From Bispira polyomma (lineage: Eukaryota): a stretch of DNA of 64,000 nt. The stretch lies in assembly GCA_965649765.1 (NCBI GenBank), contig OZ287751.1, positions 18,104,001 to 18,168,000 on the forward strand, in the 5' to 3' direction. Below the pieces are notes generated by a model, which saw nothing but the letters and a program-made list of their open reading frames with translations, had not been told where the DNA came from and searched no databases. Position numbers and translations under genes: made by a program. Shown here in pieces: positions 52,741 to 64,000 of the stretch; position 1 is the stretch's first letter; each line of letters begins with the position of its first letter.

Positions 52741-52837
52741 GTACCAGAAATTAAGCATGAAATAGGAACTCCTCCCATTATTAGTAGTCCTGATGAGACT
52801 TTTACGGTCAAGGTCAGTACTTTAACAAAATGGGCAC
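52450..52837. repeat. 83-bp inverted duplication (52450-52532 / 52755-52837), 1 mismatch
   Basis: gtgcccattttg...catttcatgc versus gcatgaaatagg...caaaatgggcac. Confidence 0.93.
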
Positions 52838-53509
52838 TATACTAGATTAGTAAAAATGTCCTCTAGTATAGTATTGATTAGCTGGTGTAGATGAGGCAGT
52901 GTAATAACATCACACATAATTTAATGCCCTGTGGCTAAATAAATGTCTCTACTATATTTCAAGAATTGGGAAATTTAGATTTTAAAATAAATTAGGCTGG
53001 TAGTCTTTTAATAAGACCAGAAAGAATTACACAAACTTAAAAGCTGACACAAGTAGCAAATAGCTGATTTAGTTCTCACTATTACATATTTGAGAAATAC
53101 AAATACTAAAATTTCTTTACATATGCTGTAATGTAGGGATAAACAATACAAACTTGTGTTTTATACGCATTTTAAATGATTGATGGTGTGGGTGTAATGC
53201 ACAAAGCCCGATGGACTGAAGGTATTCTTTCAACCCCCAGGGATCTTTTAAAATGCGCATAAAACATGAGTTTAAGTATTTTATTCCTATTAACCATTAT
53301 TTTTTATTAAAGTGAGACCATGATTATATAAAATGTGCGACTACTACGTAGACAGTTCTACGTTATGGCCATTCAAAACGTATAAAAACTAAGCCATTTA
53401 AAAATACTCAAAAACAAATGCAGTTTATTTATTAAAAGCTCAGAAGTTACTGAAGGTAAAAATTTCATAAAAACATGGTGATATAGCTTATTTTATTACG
53501 ATGACTGCT

Positions 53510-54245
53510 TTTTTGTATCCCCTACTCTGGTGGACACATGGGGATTGCTTTGTCCGTCGTCGTCACTCTTGTTTCTGGACCCAGGCTGAGTAACTCCCAA
53601 AAACCTCTTCATGGATTTCATTCATATTTGGTACACAGATTTATATGGACCTAAGGAGGAACCTTATTGTATGATGGCCTTAAACTCCTAAGAGTTAAAA
53701 ATTTTATGACGACTTTAAGGTTAAAATATATTTCAGTCATTCTGGACTGTAACTCCAAAACTAGTTAATGGATTTCATTCGTAGTTGGCACACAGGTTAT
53801 ATGGACCCGATTAGGAACCCTATTGTATTGTGACCTTAAACTCATAACAGTAAAAGTATTATAATAAGTTTAAAGTTACAACATGTTTGATTACTTCCAA
53901 ACTGTAACACAAAATCTTCCTATACACTTTTAAGTTAATATTTGAGGTTAAGAGCAGTTTTTGTCCATTTTGTCCACTTCACTAGAACGGCAGACTAACC
54001 CAACCTCGCGAAAACGGATTATTATTTTGTGAAAAACATTTTTTAGGTCTCGTTAATTTTGAAATGCTTTGAACTAAAATATGTAGTGTATACTAGCTCT
54101 ACCTGGCGAAAATTTGTTCCATTTTCTTAAAAGTGATGGTCCCACTGGATGCTTGTTTTATACTTCTCTGCGTTCATACAATTAATTCTCTCTCCAACTT
54201 GCCTAAGAGTAGGGGACACAGTGACAGTCATCCGATTTCTTATGT
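53510..54245 (+). mobile_element. HINE/Helentron-associated ('pearl'-like) element with ~157-bp core repeats
   Basis: Inserted in a T-run. Subterminal inverted repeats tcccctactct (53518-53528) / agagtagggga (54206-54216), a gtccgtcgtcgtc microsatellite, and core repeats at about 53590, 53749 and 53904. Confidence 0.75.
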
Positions 54246-56208
54246 TGCATTAAAATCTGTTAAGAACTAGCCAAGATATTTAAGTTTAAATAAGAACTAG
54301 TTTTAAGGGAGATTGACGGAAGAGAGTAAACACCTACCGTGCATTATACTGCTTGTTTTATGCAGATTTTAAACATTGCACAAAAGACTCGTTCACGGGC
54401 GCTGCGCAGCCTATCATTTTAGAATGGTTATGTAAACGAGTTGAAAGGTTTGTCTTTTACAAAGTATGACAAGTAGGTTTCAATATGTTTTCTCTACATA
54501 GCACAGAATAGTTAAAATTTTTATTACCAATGTTTTTATTTGTTACCCCATGCTGTGCTTAACATTTGTGCCTTATCTCGACATTGATGTTTTAAGGTCC
54601 TGTTCCAGAAGTGTTGTATACAGAGCAGTCAATATATAGGTCAGAACTTCCAAGGTCAAACTGAACCTTCACCATGATGCTGCATATGTATGAACTCTAA
54701 ATCATACTTATACCTTGTGTCGTCTCTGTGACTCCAAAATTATCGTCCATGTCTGCAACACATACTACACATTCAAGGACTTTCTGCTTGTCGTGGTAGA
54801 TTTTAAAAGAATGGGTAGTCTAGTATAAAATACAATTAAACCCCTTTAGAAAAATGGGCTGGCATTTTGGTTCTATGTTAAAAACATTAGATTCAGATAA
54901 AAGACTGTACCCAGAACAGCTTTAAACATGGGATGCAGGGCATGTAAGAAAACTGTTTTTAACAGTCCTTGCGTGAGAATGTGTACATTTTTTTACCACA
55001 AAAACATGTCCTATTTCTGATCGTTTTTCGGTAGCCAGGTTCACCTGCCACAAATAATGGATTCTGGTAATAAAGAGTATACACCCCCAATTTTTTTTTC
55101 TGATTTTAGGACGCTAGTGACCTATCAAAAGTAATGGATTATGGTCACAATGTATGTAATATTTGACTTTTAAATAGGATGGTACATGTATATATTGTTC
55201 TTGAAAAATCATCATCTTTCAGCCTAATTTTCCTTTTTTGCTACACTAAAATGTTTGTCATATTTCTTGCATAGACGAGGCAATAAGCAGTTCTTGCAAA
55301 GACAAGGAAATACTCGACTAACCCCTGCGAATCCCCAGATTTATCAGGGACTTGTTGATCGAAAGATTGAACTTTGTAATCAAATACAGCACCGGGTACA
55401 TGAAGATATATTCTTTTACTATTGTAACAGGATATTTTCCAAGATGGTGGTCTAGGTAACATTTACAAATAGAAACAGAAACAAAAACACTTCCAACTTG
55501 TCTAGTTTACAAGAGCATTATCTCTCTAAACATATCTATAGGCAATCTGTGGATGACTTTAGAAATCCAAGTTGAGACACTTATTAGCAGCCGGGTGTTA
55601 TACGAAACACGTTTTGTCGTGTCAACAGTTCACTGTTTCATTACAAAACATTGGTGACTACTGACTGATTATTTTATTACAATGGTCCAAATGGGGTATT
55701 GGATACTGTGTCGTGACATTTTAGAGAGTGGTAACTTAAGGACAAAGCTAAGTGAGTGGCACTATACATACTGTGATTCCAGAGAAAAAAAACCCTGGAA
55801 ATGTAAGTTTTAAGAAGTCTGCTTTTCTGGTTTCTACGCTTGTAACAAAAAAAAATAATAAGATTTTAGGTTGGTGCTTTATTCTCAGTGACTTTAATTA
55901 AAGCTTTTAGTTACCATTAAATCATTTTCCACAACCAGAAAAAACTCACAAAAAAAACAAAACAACCAAGTTTGCAGGCCCAAACTATTTCTTTTTACAT
56001 ACTTTTTAAAACTGCCAATTCTCATACTATGTGCGTCAACAGAGTCAATTAATTGAACACATATTTCAAATTTAAACATGTCTGCATATAACAGTCAGAT
56101 TTTGTGTTTGTAAATTTTTGAGGTACATCTATTTTATAATCTTTACTCCTATTGATTTCTGTCATTTTTTAGTTTTCAACAACTGTGAGGGTCAACTTCT
56201 TTGGTGGA

Positions 56209-56457
56209 TTTGAATTTGGATATTTAACGTCCACTCCAGTACCTTTTAGTAGGTTATATTGGGATGGGTAGTTGGAAACGCTGGAGGAAACACTGCATAC
56301 AGTCGGTCAAGGTTCTGCACTGAAACCAGCGGCCCACAGTAAGGAACTACCACCTTTCCCACAAAGGCATCGACGGGTTTCGAACTCACGCCGCCCAGAG
56401 GTGTGAGACCAGTGATTGTGAAGCGCAATGCTTGCTAACCACTAGGCCACCACGGCC
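56209..56457 (-). mobile_element. tRNA-derived SINE, same young family, with 16-bp TSD
   Basis: TSD caacttctttggtgga at 56193-56208 and 56458-56473; the body is near-identical to 6995-7248. Confidence 0.92.
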
Positions 56458-59400
56458 CAACTTCTTTGGTGGAGTAAAGTAGTAGAGTAGTTGGTTAAGA
56501 GAAAGTAGTTCAGGGTAGTTGGTTAAGATTTCTGAACTGCAAACCACTGGCATTTACAGCAAGTATACGGGCAACTTTGCCACAAACAAACCATGGCAGA
56601 GATTTAAATCCACAACAAAGATGTGGGAGGTAAGAGTGTTTAACTGGCCCTCTCTTATATACAAAGATGGTCATTTTCTCAAGCACACTCTGATCAACAA
56701 TTATTACAGTTTCACTTCAAACTTATTATTTATGTGCAGAACCACTTTGTTTGATCAATAATCCTTATGATGTTTTCATATCTTTTTATCTTTGGTGATT
56801 TATGCTCGTACAAGGGAACCTCCTGGTCACACAAGTCGAGATTAATATATGTGTTCAGGGATTCTTATTGATCACAAGTATGCTTGGGGTCTTTTTCAAC
56901 TAAATTTTAAGATCCTCCAATTCATCTTGACTTTGTCTCCCGGAGAGCTGCAATATACTGTATACAAGTGCAAAATTGTACTAGAAATTACTAGTCACAA
57001 ATTTTGCACACAAGCTTGCATTGTGAAAATTAATTAAATTTCTATTAATTGTTTAACTAAAAAGGCCAATAGTAACAGTTAAGTCTAGAGAACTTCTGAA
57101 ACATTTTTTGTTTTTTTTTATAGCTCTATTTGTACAGTACATGTATTTAGGCAACAATTGTGTATAATTTACGTTGTTTTTTTTTTGCATCCTGAATATA
57201 TATACTGTTGATATGTACACAATTCACCAATTCATTCATGTCAATATCTATTACGATAACATTGACAAGTGTTGTACTTCTAATCTGTATCACTTGTGTT
57301 CTACTATTTTTAACCCTCTCCATGTTTTCTGTGCTACGAATGCTGAAATGTTTTGACGTGTTTACTATATATCGTGTGACCATGTTATTGGTTTTTTTAT
57401 CCTTTAAACATCCATATAAGCCAATGATATTAATCAGAAATTCCAGACAAATATTAATTGGGCACTGCTTAAATAGATGTACCGAAAATGTCCCTCAATA
57501 AAACATGGCTATACCAGGCATAGAACTCTGAAGCCCAAGCCTGAACGCTTCTATCCTTTTAATGTGGCAAAATTCTCAGCATATTCATAGTTTGGATCGG
57601 GATATCCTGATTCCAACATGCCATATTAAAAGCATAACCCTAACCTATATTTAATATAGTAAGTTTGTTAACTTGAGGAACTATTTAAAGGACCATCAAA
57701 AGATTATGGAGGAAAACAGTCACTTATGTGGGCCCTGGATTTTACCATATACACATAATTTTAAACAAATAGAATTCAACAATTTGCCGTGGACCGATGG
57801 TTTACAGCATTTTACTACTGGTTTCCTTCACCGCTAAATCTGGCCATCATGATATGTATGATCTGAGCTGTTAAAAGCAACATAAAACCCAAAAAACTTC
57901 AAATCCTGTAGTTTTATACCCAAAATTCTTATGTTCTGCTGATGTCTAAGTAAATCTGATAATGACAAAAATGTGGTTAGATTACATGATTTATATCAAA
58001 AGTACTGCTATCAGCTGAACGGTAAGTAGGAAAACTATTCAACAAGAGTAATCGAACCACAGATCAATGTGAATTTTTATTTAACAAACATTCCATAACA
58101 ATTTGTGACACATTTTGGTATTTTTTGCCTTTTTTTGGTTTTGATTGAACAAGTACTTTATTTTAGAACGCTGTTAAATGCTGTGAATGTCAAGCCAGTC
58201 AAGGTGATACTTAAATGCTATTTTTACACTGTAAAACAAAAAGGTATATTCTGTTGCAAAATAAAACATTTTACACTAGTCACTAATACTAGACATTGTT
58301 ATGAATACAACATTCGTAGGAATACAAAAACAAAACAAAAACTTGAATATCTATTGTCAATTGTAGTTAAGAATGCATATTCACTGGAATATTCTGAAAG
58401 CAAAAGCGTTTGCAGAGACTCTTTCACCTCTGACTGTGATTGCCTTAACAGCAACTGCACTAAATGAGCTTGGTTGATCCAAATATTCAACAACCAGGAT
58501 GTCGGCAAGTTAAACACAGAATATATGGAGCTTATACATCAAAATACATTAATGTATGAATTTATATTTGCACATGCTTAGAGAGCAGCAAATACATTAC
58601 TTTAGAATGTTGTTATTTATCTTGTCAACTTTATTCAAGGAAGTTGGTTGTTAACTTAGCTCTAACTACATGTATAATCACACTGACATTATAACTTATT
58701 CAAAAATTATTATGTAATTATACAGAATAAAACTAATCATTATTTTGAAGAGGATAAAGTTCAACGATAACTTTCAAGTTGGACACTAAAAATAACACTA
58801 ATTCATTGGGTGGTTTAAGTTTTACTTCTACATAATGATAAAAAAATCTCGATTTTTAGGTATGTCAGATCAATAGCATCTTACGTATGATAATTATATG
58901 AATTTATATCTGACCAAAAATTTGAGAAAATTATTGTCAAAATAATGATATAATGTGAACAAAACAATTTGACTAAACCAAACCGATCATCAAATTTGTA
59001 TTGTTTAGATTAAAATCTCTACCTGATAACTACAATTCACTGCCATATCATATTGGTTTAAATATTTACGTCTTCTTTAGTATTTTTCTATTGTTTTCTG
59101 ATATCAGCTGAGACTTTTGTTTTGTATCAATTTTTAAATATTTTCTTTATATTGAGACTATCTTTATTTCAACAATCTAAATCGGTTATAATTTTGAATC
59201 AATACCTGATTTCTTTGATCCCAAGTTTAGTTGAGAATGAGAGAATGTACTTTTACCAAGGCACCACAGTGCCTAAAAAATTTTCCTGGATCTATCCTAG
59301 CTAGAACCACTTTAAGATGTTACAGATTTATCCTTGACCCATGCCCCATCTCTCACTAAAATTTCATATCTAAATCAATTCAGTCATTTTTTGTGTAATC

Positions 59401-59546
59401 CTGGTGACAAACAAACTAACGGACATAGGCAAAAACACAACTTTCATGGTGGAGGTAATTGCAAGTACATATACATAGTTCTGACTTATAGTTCTCGTTG
59501 ATTATGTAGAACATAAATGGCACGACAGTGAATAGCAATACCAGTC

Positions 59547-59623
59547 ACATTATTTTGTAGTTACATTATTTTGCAGTAACATTATTTTGTATTTACATTA
59601 TATGTAGTTACATTATTTTGTAG
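59547..59623. repeat. 16-bp minisatellite (acattattttgtagtt) x about 5
   Basis: Direct reading. Confidence 0.8.
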
Positions 59624-62043
59624 AAGTGTAGACAAGTTATTTACACACTATTCAACTGTCCAATAACACTGTATTCACATGTTATACTATTCTCTTCTGG
59701 ACATGGCATCAAGACAGTAGATATCATCTAAAACGAAATAAAAACATTTGCAAATCAAATTTCCTGTACAAAATGTCTTTTTACATTTATGTCCTAGATG
59801 AACCCTGTCTTCAAAATTACCTAATTATTAATGATTAATGATATTTCCTGCATTAAGTCGGGAAACTGACAATAACATAAGCAGACAGGATTCTTTTTAC
59901 AGGGGTGAATTTTAGTTAAAAAATTATTAATCAATTAATCCGGAAATAAACTGTTTCATCACTGTACTATCAGATTCTAGGGCATCCAAATCAGAAACCA
60001 TCTTTCGACATTTCTGAAAACCAGATAAAGGGTCAACACCAAGAAGACAGCCAGTGATTGGTTAAGAAAAACTATGGTGGCAAGGCTTTGGCAAAACAAA
60101 TAAGTTTTAAGTCTGCATTAGAAGTTTTACAAATATCATAAGGAGGGAAACTACTTTCAAAGTGAAACCTTGGATTTATGTATAGAAGAAGGTACATAAT
60201 ATGGAACATCTATATATATACTCTATCAGGATTATGTCGCATAGTTTTAGTAGCAGAGGTGTAACGACACAGACAAGGACTGAAACATTTTGGATGACAT
60301 GTACTGATGTCTTTGTAAACCAAGGCACCAGTTTCGAAAATATATGCACTGTGGTACAATAATACTTTTTCTGACATTATATTAGAACTACTGCCTTATT
60401 TTTCATCCATCCTTTTTGCATATACAGAGCTCATGAGATAGGCTGGTTGAACATCCAATAACATGGGAAACCCAGTACCGGTAGCTAAAACATCGGGAAA
60501 ATATGAGTAAATATAATACAATGAAACTCGATTATCTGAATTTCTGTAACCCAAATATTCGACTTAATTAAGTTACAGTAACTCCTTTTTCAACCTCCCA
60601 AATTGAGGTTTTGCCAATGTTTTATAGCAAAAATCTCTTTCATTTTGTAGTTCTTCTATTATCAAAACAAATTCCTTTCTCTCTCTGTCTCCGAACAGGT
60701 TTAAGAATAAATATTGATGTTCAACTGCCCGCATAATATTCCCAATAAATACCAAATGACAGACTGTAAGCAGCACATAACAACAGTTCTACTTAGTAAA
60801 CAAAGGGCTGCAGACATCCAAATATTGACACAAATACACCACAAATCTCTCCAGTCAGCCCACACACCAGTGTCCTAAGTTACATGATGGGCTGATAACC
60901 AGATGACACTATTTAGAGGGAGAAAATCAATACCGGTCCAGTCTGGGGCCCACTCTTCTGGGCAAGGAATCTTATTTCAGGGGTAGACTTCTCACTTCAT
61001 AGATTAAGTGGAATTTTTGTTTTAATTGCTTCAATACTTATTTTATTTTCCTAGAAGCTTCTACTTCATGATCGGTTTCGTGATTCCTAAAAATACTTAA
61101 TTTCAGGGGGAAAAAATGTTTACATCTTAGGAATCCTGTCGGACTCGGCATAGTTGTTTACATAATTTATTTCTTTTTCTGTATTTCAACACTGTAAAAT
61201 AATAAGCTTTGACTGTAAATTTATATTTCATCAGCGAATTTGTGGAAACACATGCATTAGGATTCCTTTTCGTTCTTCTGCCCCAAAAATCATGCATTTT
61301 AATTCAGTTACTAATAGCTGAATGCTTACTCTTATCTGAAGAAACTATTAAGTCTGTCAAAATCAAAGAAACATGCGACAAAGCTTGATTCTCGCAAAGA
61401 CCCAACGAGCTGACAAGTAGTGATTACACATTTTTTTTTATCCTTCTAAACTACAAATTGTGCCATATTTCTGAGTAGGCTTTAAGAAATAGACATAAAA
61501 AAAATGACATTCTCATGTGTGAATGTCTATGCCAATACAACTGAGAAGGTAGCAATGGTAGAAACAATCTCACCCAAGATTGCGCTTGTCACAAACCGAC
61601 AAACCTTGGTTAGGATATTTACATTTGTTTTCCCTTAAATGACGGGAAACCCCAAATCCATTTGTTGCAATGGTAACAGAACAAGTGGCCTAGGTACCCC
61701 ATAAGCAATCTCAAGCAAGCTACTGTCATGACCAAGCCACACACCAAATTTGGTGAGAATAATTTTATTAGTTTTTTCATTTAACAAATTTGAAACAACA
61801 AATTTATTTGTTGCCATGGCAACAGAGCCAATAATGGGTGACAAACCGTAAAAGCAATCTAAAGCAAGATACAGTCACGACCTGCCGCACAAATACTTGT
61901 ACAGTCGCACACCTTTAAGTAAAACTCTGTTAAGTTGAATTACCCTGTTTATGTGGAGAGGCAACTCTAGTCCCACAAAAGCCAATTCTTTTAAAATCTA
62001 CCCTGTCAAGTGGAAATCCTGCTTCAGTAGAGGTGTTTCTCCT

Positions 62044-62151
62044 GGCCCCGTATTCACGAAAGGACTTAGCCAGGTCTTAGGCTTAAATCTAGCCTAAAAG
62101 TATACTGATTTAAGCCTAAGACCTGGCTAAGTCCCTTCGTGAATACGGCCC
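62044..62151. mobile_element. About 108-bp foldback MITE (46-bp arms) nested in a Tc1-type MITE (about 61899-62190)
   Basis: ccgtattcacgaaaggacttagccaggtcttaggcttaaatc / gatttaagcctaagacctggctaagtcccttcgtgaatacgg; flanked by ctg on both sides. Confidence 0.85.
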
Positions 62152-64000
62152 CTGGTCCCCTGAGGTTTGACTTAAAGGGGTTTAACTGTATTCATAAATA
62201 ACCCACAATTATTTACCACCAATTTTAGTTGAGCTTTCAACAATAATGAGAAATGTGATATCTATTTATTGTTAACTGAGATAAAGAAATCTTTGCTTTT
62301 ATATACAGGCGATGTCTTTTAAAAAGGACACAGGCCCACAGTGTGAAATACACTAACATTGATATAGGGACACTATATACTCAGGCCCCAGAATGCACCT
62401 GATGACATGCCTCAGCTTGGCAGGGTCCATTGCTCCCAACCAATCCATGAAGGCCTTACTTATATTCAAAGATGGCGGTGCCCTTTTTAGAATTAGAACA
62501 ATAACAGGCTTTACTTGATAAAAAAAGACTCATCACGGCACATGAGAAGACTTATTGGTCTATGCTTCTAATTTAATACACTGAGCAAAGGCAGGCTGCA
62601 CCTACAACATTGGTGTGAAATGATCTTGAGACATGCCAATCAACTCGACATGGATATGCAAACTTCCCCTTGTTAATACCACTTGGATACAGTATTTGTC
62701 AAGTACTGTAAGCAGACCTATGATTCTCCTGTGTCTAGGTTATCACGTCACAGTGACCTCATCTTACTTAAAAAGGTCTCCCCACTTTGTAAAAGTTATC
62801 TCATTTTTAAATCGGTACAGTAACATAACATTTATCTTTGATTAGATTTGACACCATTGTAACTCAGATTTCACATGTTAGGCCTAATTAAGTTAACCAT
62901 TTGAAATTTAACATTTGTAAAATACTTTGCAGCTTCAACAAAAGAAACTAACAATTAAAGTAAGCTACAATATTACATACAAAACTCTGGCACAACTTGG
63001 CCAGCACACAACTGTGTGTTTATAGGTGTACTAACTTACTAAGTACACTAGCTGTACAGTTATATCTGCTACTACTAGTGTTTTGTTCTAGATCTATTAT
63101 TCATTTACAGTTTTACTTCTCCTAAGTACTGACGTTTCAGAGTCACTTGTGTGATGTGGTGAGATAATTTTTCCCTGTATTGGACCAGGGAGCCAATTAG
63201 GACAATCCCTCCTATACATTGAGAGAAATGGGAGTTGCCGCAACTGTGTACATATTGATTCGCAAGACTAGAATTTTACCTGTTAGTCGGGGGACACAAG
63301 CATTGAGAGGTTTCCTGTAATGATTATTATCAAAAAAAAGTTGCAAAGTGGATCTAACAGTTTTAGGAAGTGATTCAAACAAACAGATGGCAAGCTTTTG
63401 TTTTGACCAAATTTTAGTTTGAATCTTTTAGCCTCTGTTTTTGTTGGGTTTTTTTTTGTCATATTAAAACAGTACCTTAAACCTTCAACATACAAGGAAT
63501 TAATTTTCAAAAAACCGAGGAAACCTTCGATCTTCGGCGAAGATTGTCACAGCACTAGCAAATGCAGTTAAAGAAGTTGACACACACTTATTATCATTTA
63601 TCAGCTAATTACTCAAACCGTCAACTAAACAACAATTTGAACTTATTAAATATATTTTATTGTACTACAATACAATGATTACATGTCAATATTATCTCAG
63701 GATCTTTCACAATGATTTCATGCTGTCCAAAGTTCTAACTCATGGAACACACCAAAAAAATGAGAAGCTTATAAAAAGGACATAAAACTTTCATGATAGG
63801 CTTTGGGTACCAATTGATACCTGTTCTTTTTATAAGTTATTTACCGCAACAAATACAGGTAAAATTATTTGATCAGAGTTTTTAAGGGGCATACTTACTA
63901 AATGACCTGTCATTCTGTTTTATATAATCCCTGGAACATTACATACAGTGTAGTGTTTCACTTAATACATAACCTATAACCAAGCTCTCTAAGACCTTGG

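Noticed and set aside
52786-52820. Possible hammerhead ribozyme (ctgatga-gac...gtc)
   Set aside because: The obligatory GAAA after stem II is absent (aagg), and no Penelope-like ORF is nearby.
55255-55462. Exon-like segment (RRGNKQFLQRQGNTRL...)
   Set aside because: No recognisable homology or partner exons; it may be transposon debris. A BLASTX search is needed.
58299-58517. Minus-strand ORF with coding-like composition
   Set aside because: Weak splice signals and no recognisable family.
61810-61823. Perfect X-box palindrome GTTGCCATGGCAAC
   Set aside because: It lies within repeat-like DNA (accaaatttggt, duplicated units) and no gene start was identified nearby.

Overview
AT-rich, repeat-dense eukaryotic (animal) genomic DNA. 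The repeat families (tRNA-derived SINEs with a Meta/MESC-like core, L2-clade LINEs, PIF/Harbinger, Helentron-type HINE/'pearl'-like elements) suggest a lophotrochozoan invertebrate, probably a mollusc (inference). Three host genes can be reconstructed, two of them largely missed by the ORF track because they are spliced. (1) The 5' end of a membrane adenylate cyclase (ADCY8-like) lies on the minus strand: exons 9460-9353, 3636-3439 and 1050-880, continuing off the left edge. (2) TMEM208 lies on the plus strand: exons 31489-31587, 32783-32842, 34753-34892, 39819-39903 and 40619-40741. (3) A class-2 DYRK kinase (DYRK2/3-like) is one uninterrupted ORF at 47568-49247. The most unusual structure surrounds exon 2 of the adenylate cyclase. 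Its 3' splice site plus the first five codons are amplified into a 55-bp intronic tandem array, and two units form 15-nt in-frame candidate microexons with AG/GTGAGT borders. The same exon sits in the loop of a perfect 183-bp inverted repeat. Most other short ORFs are noise or transposon debris. All family assignments come from remembered motifs, not database searches.
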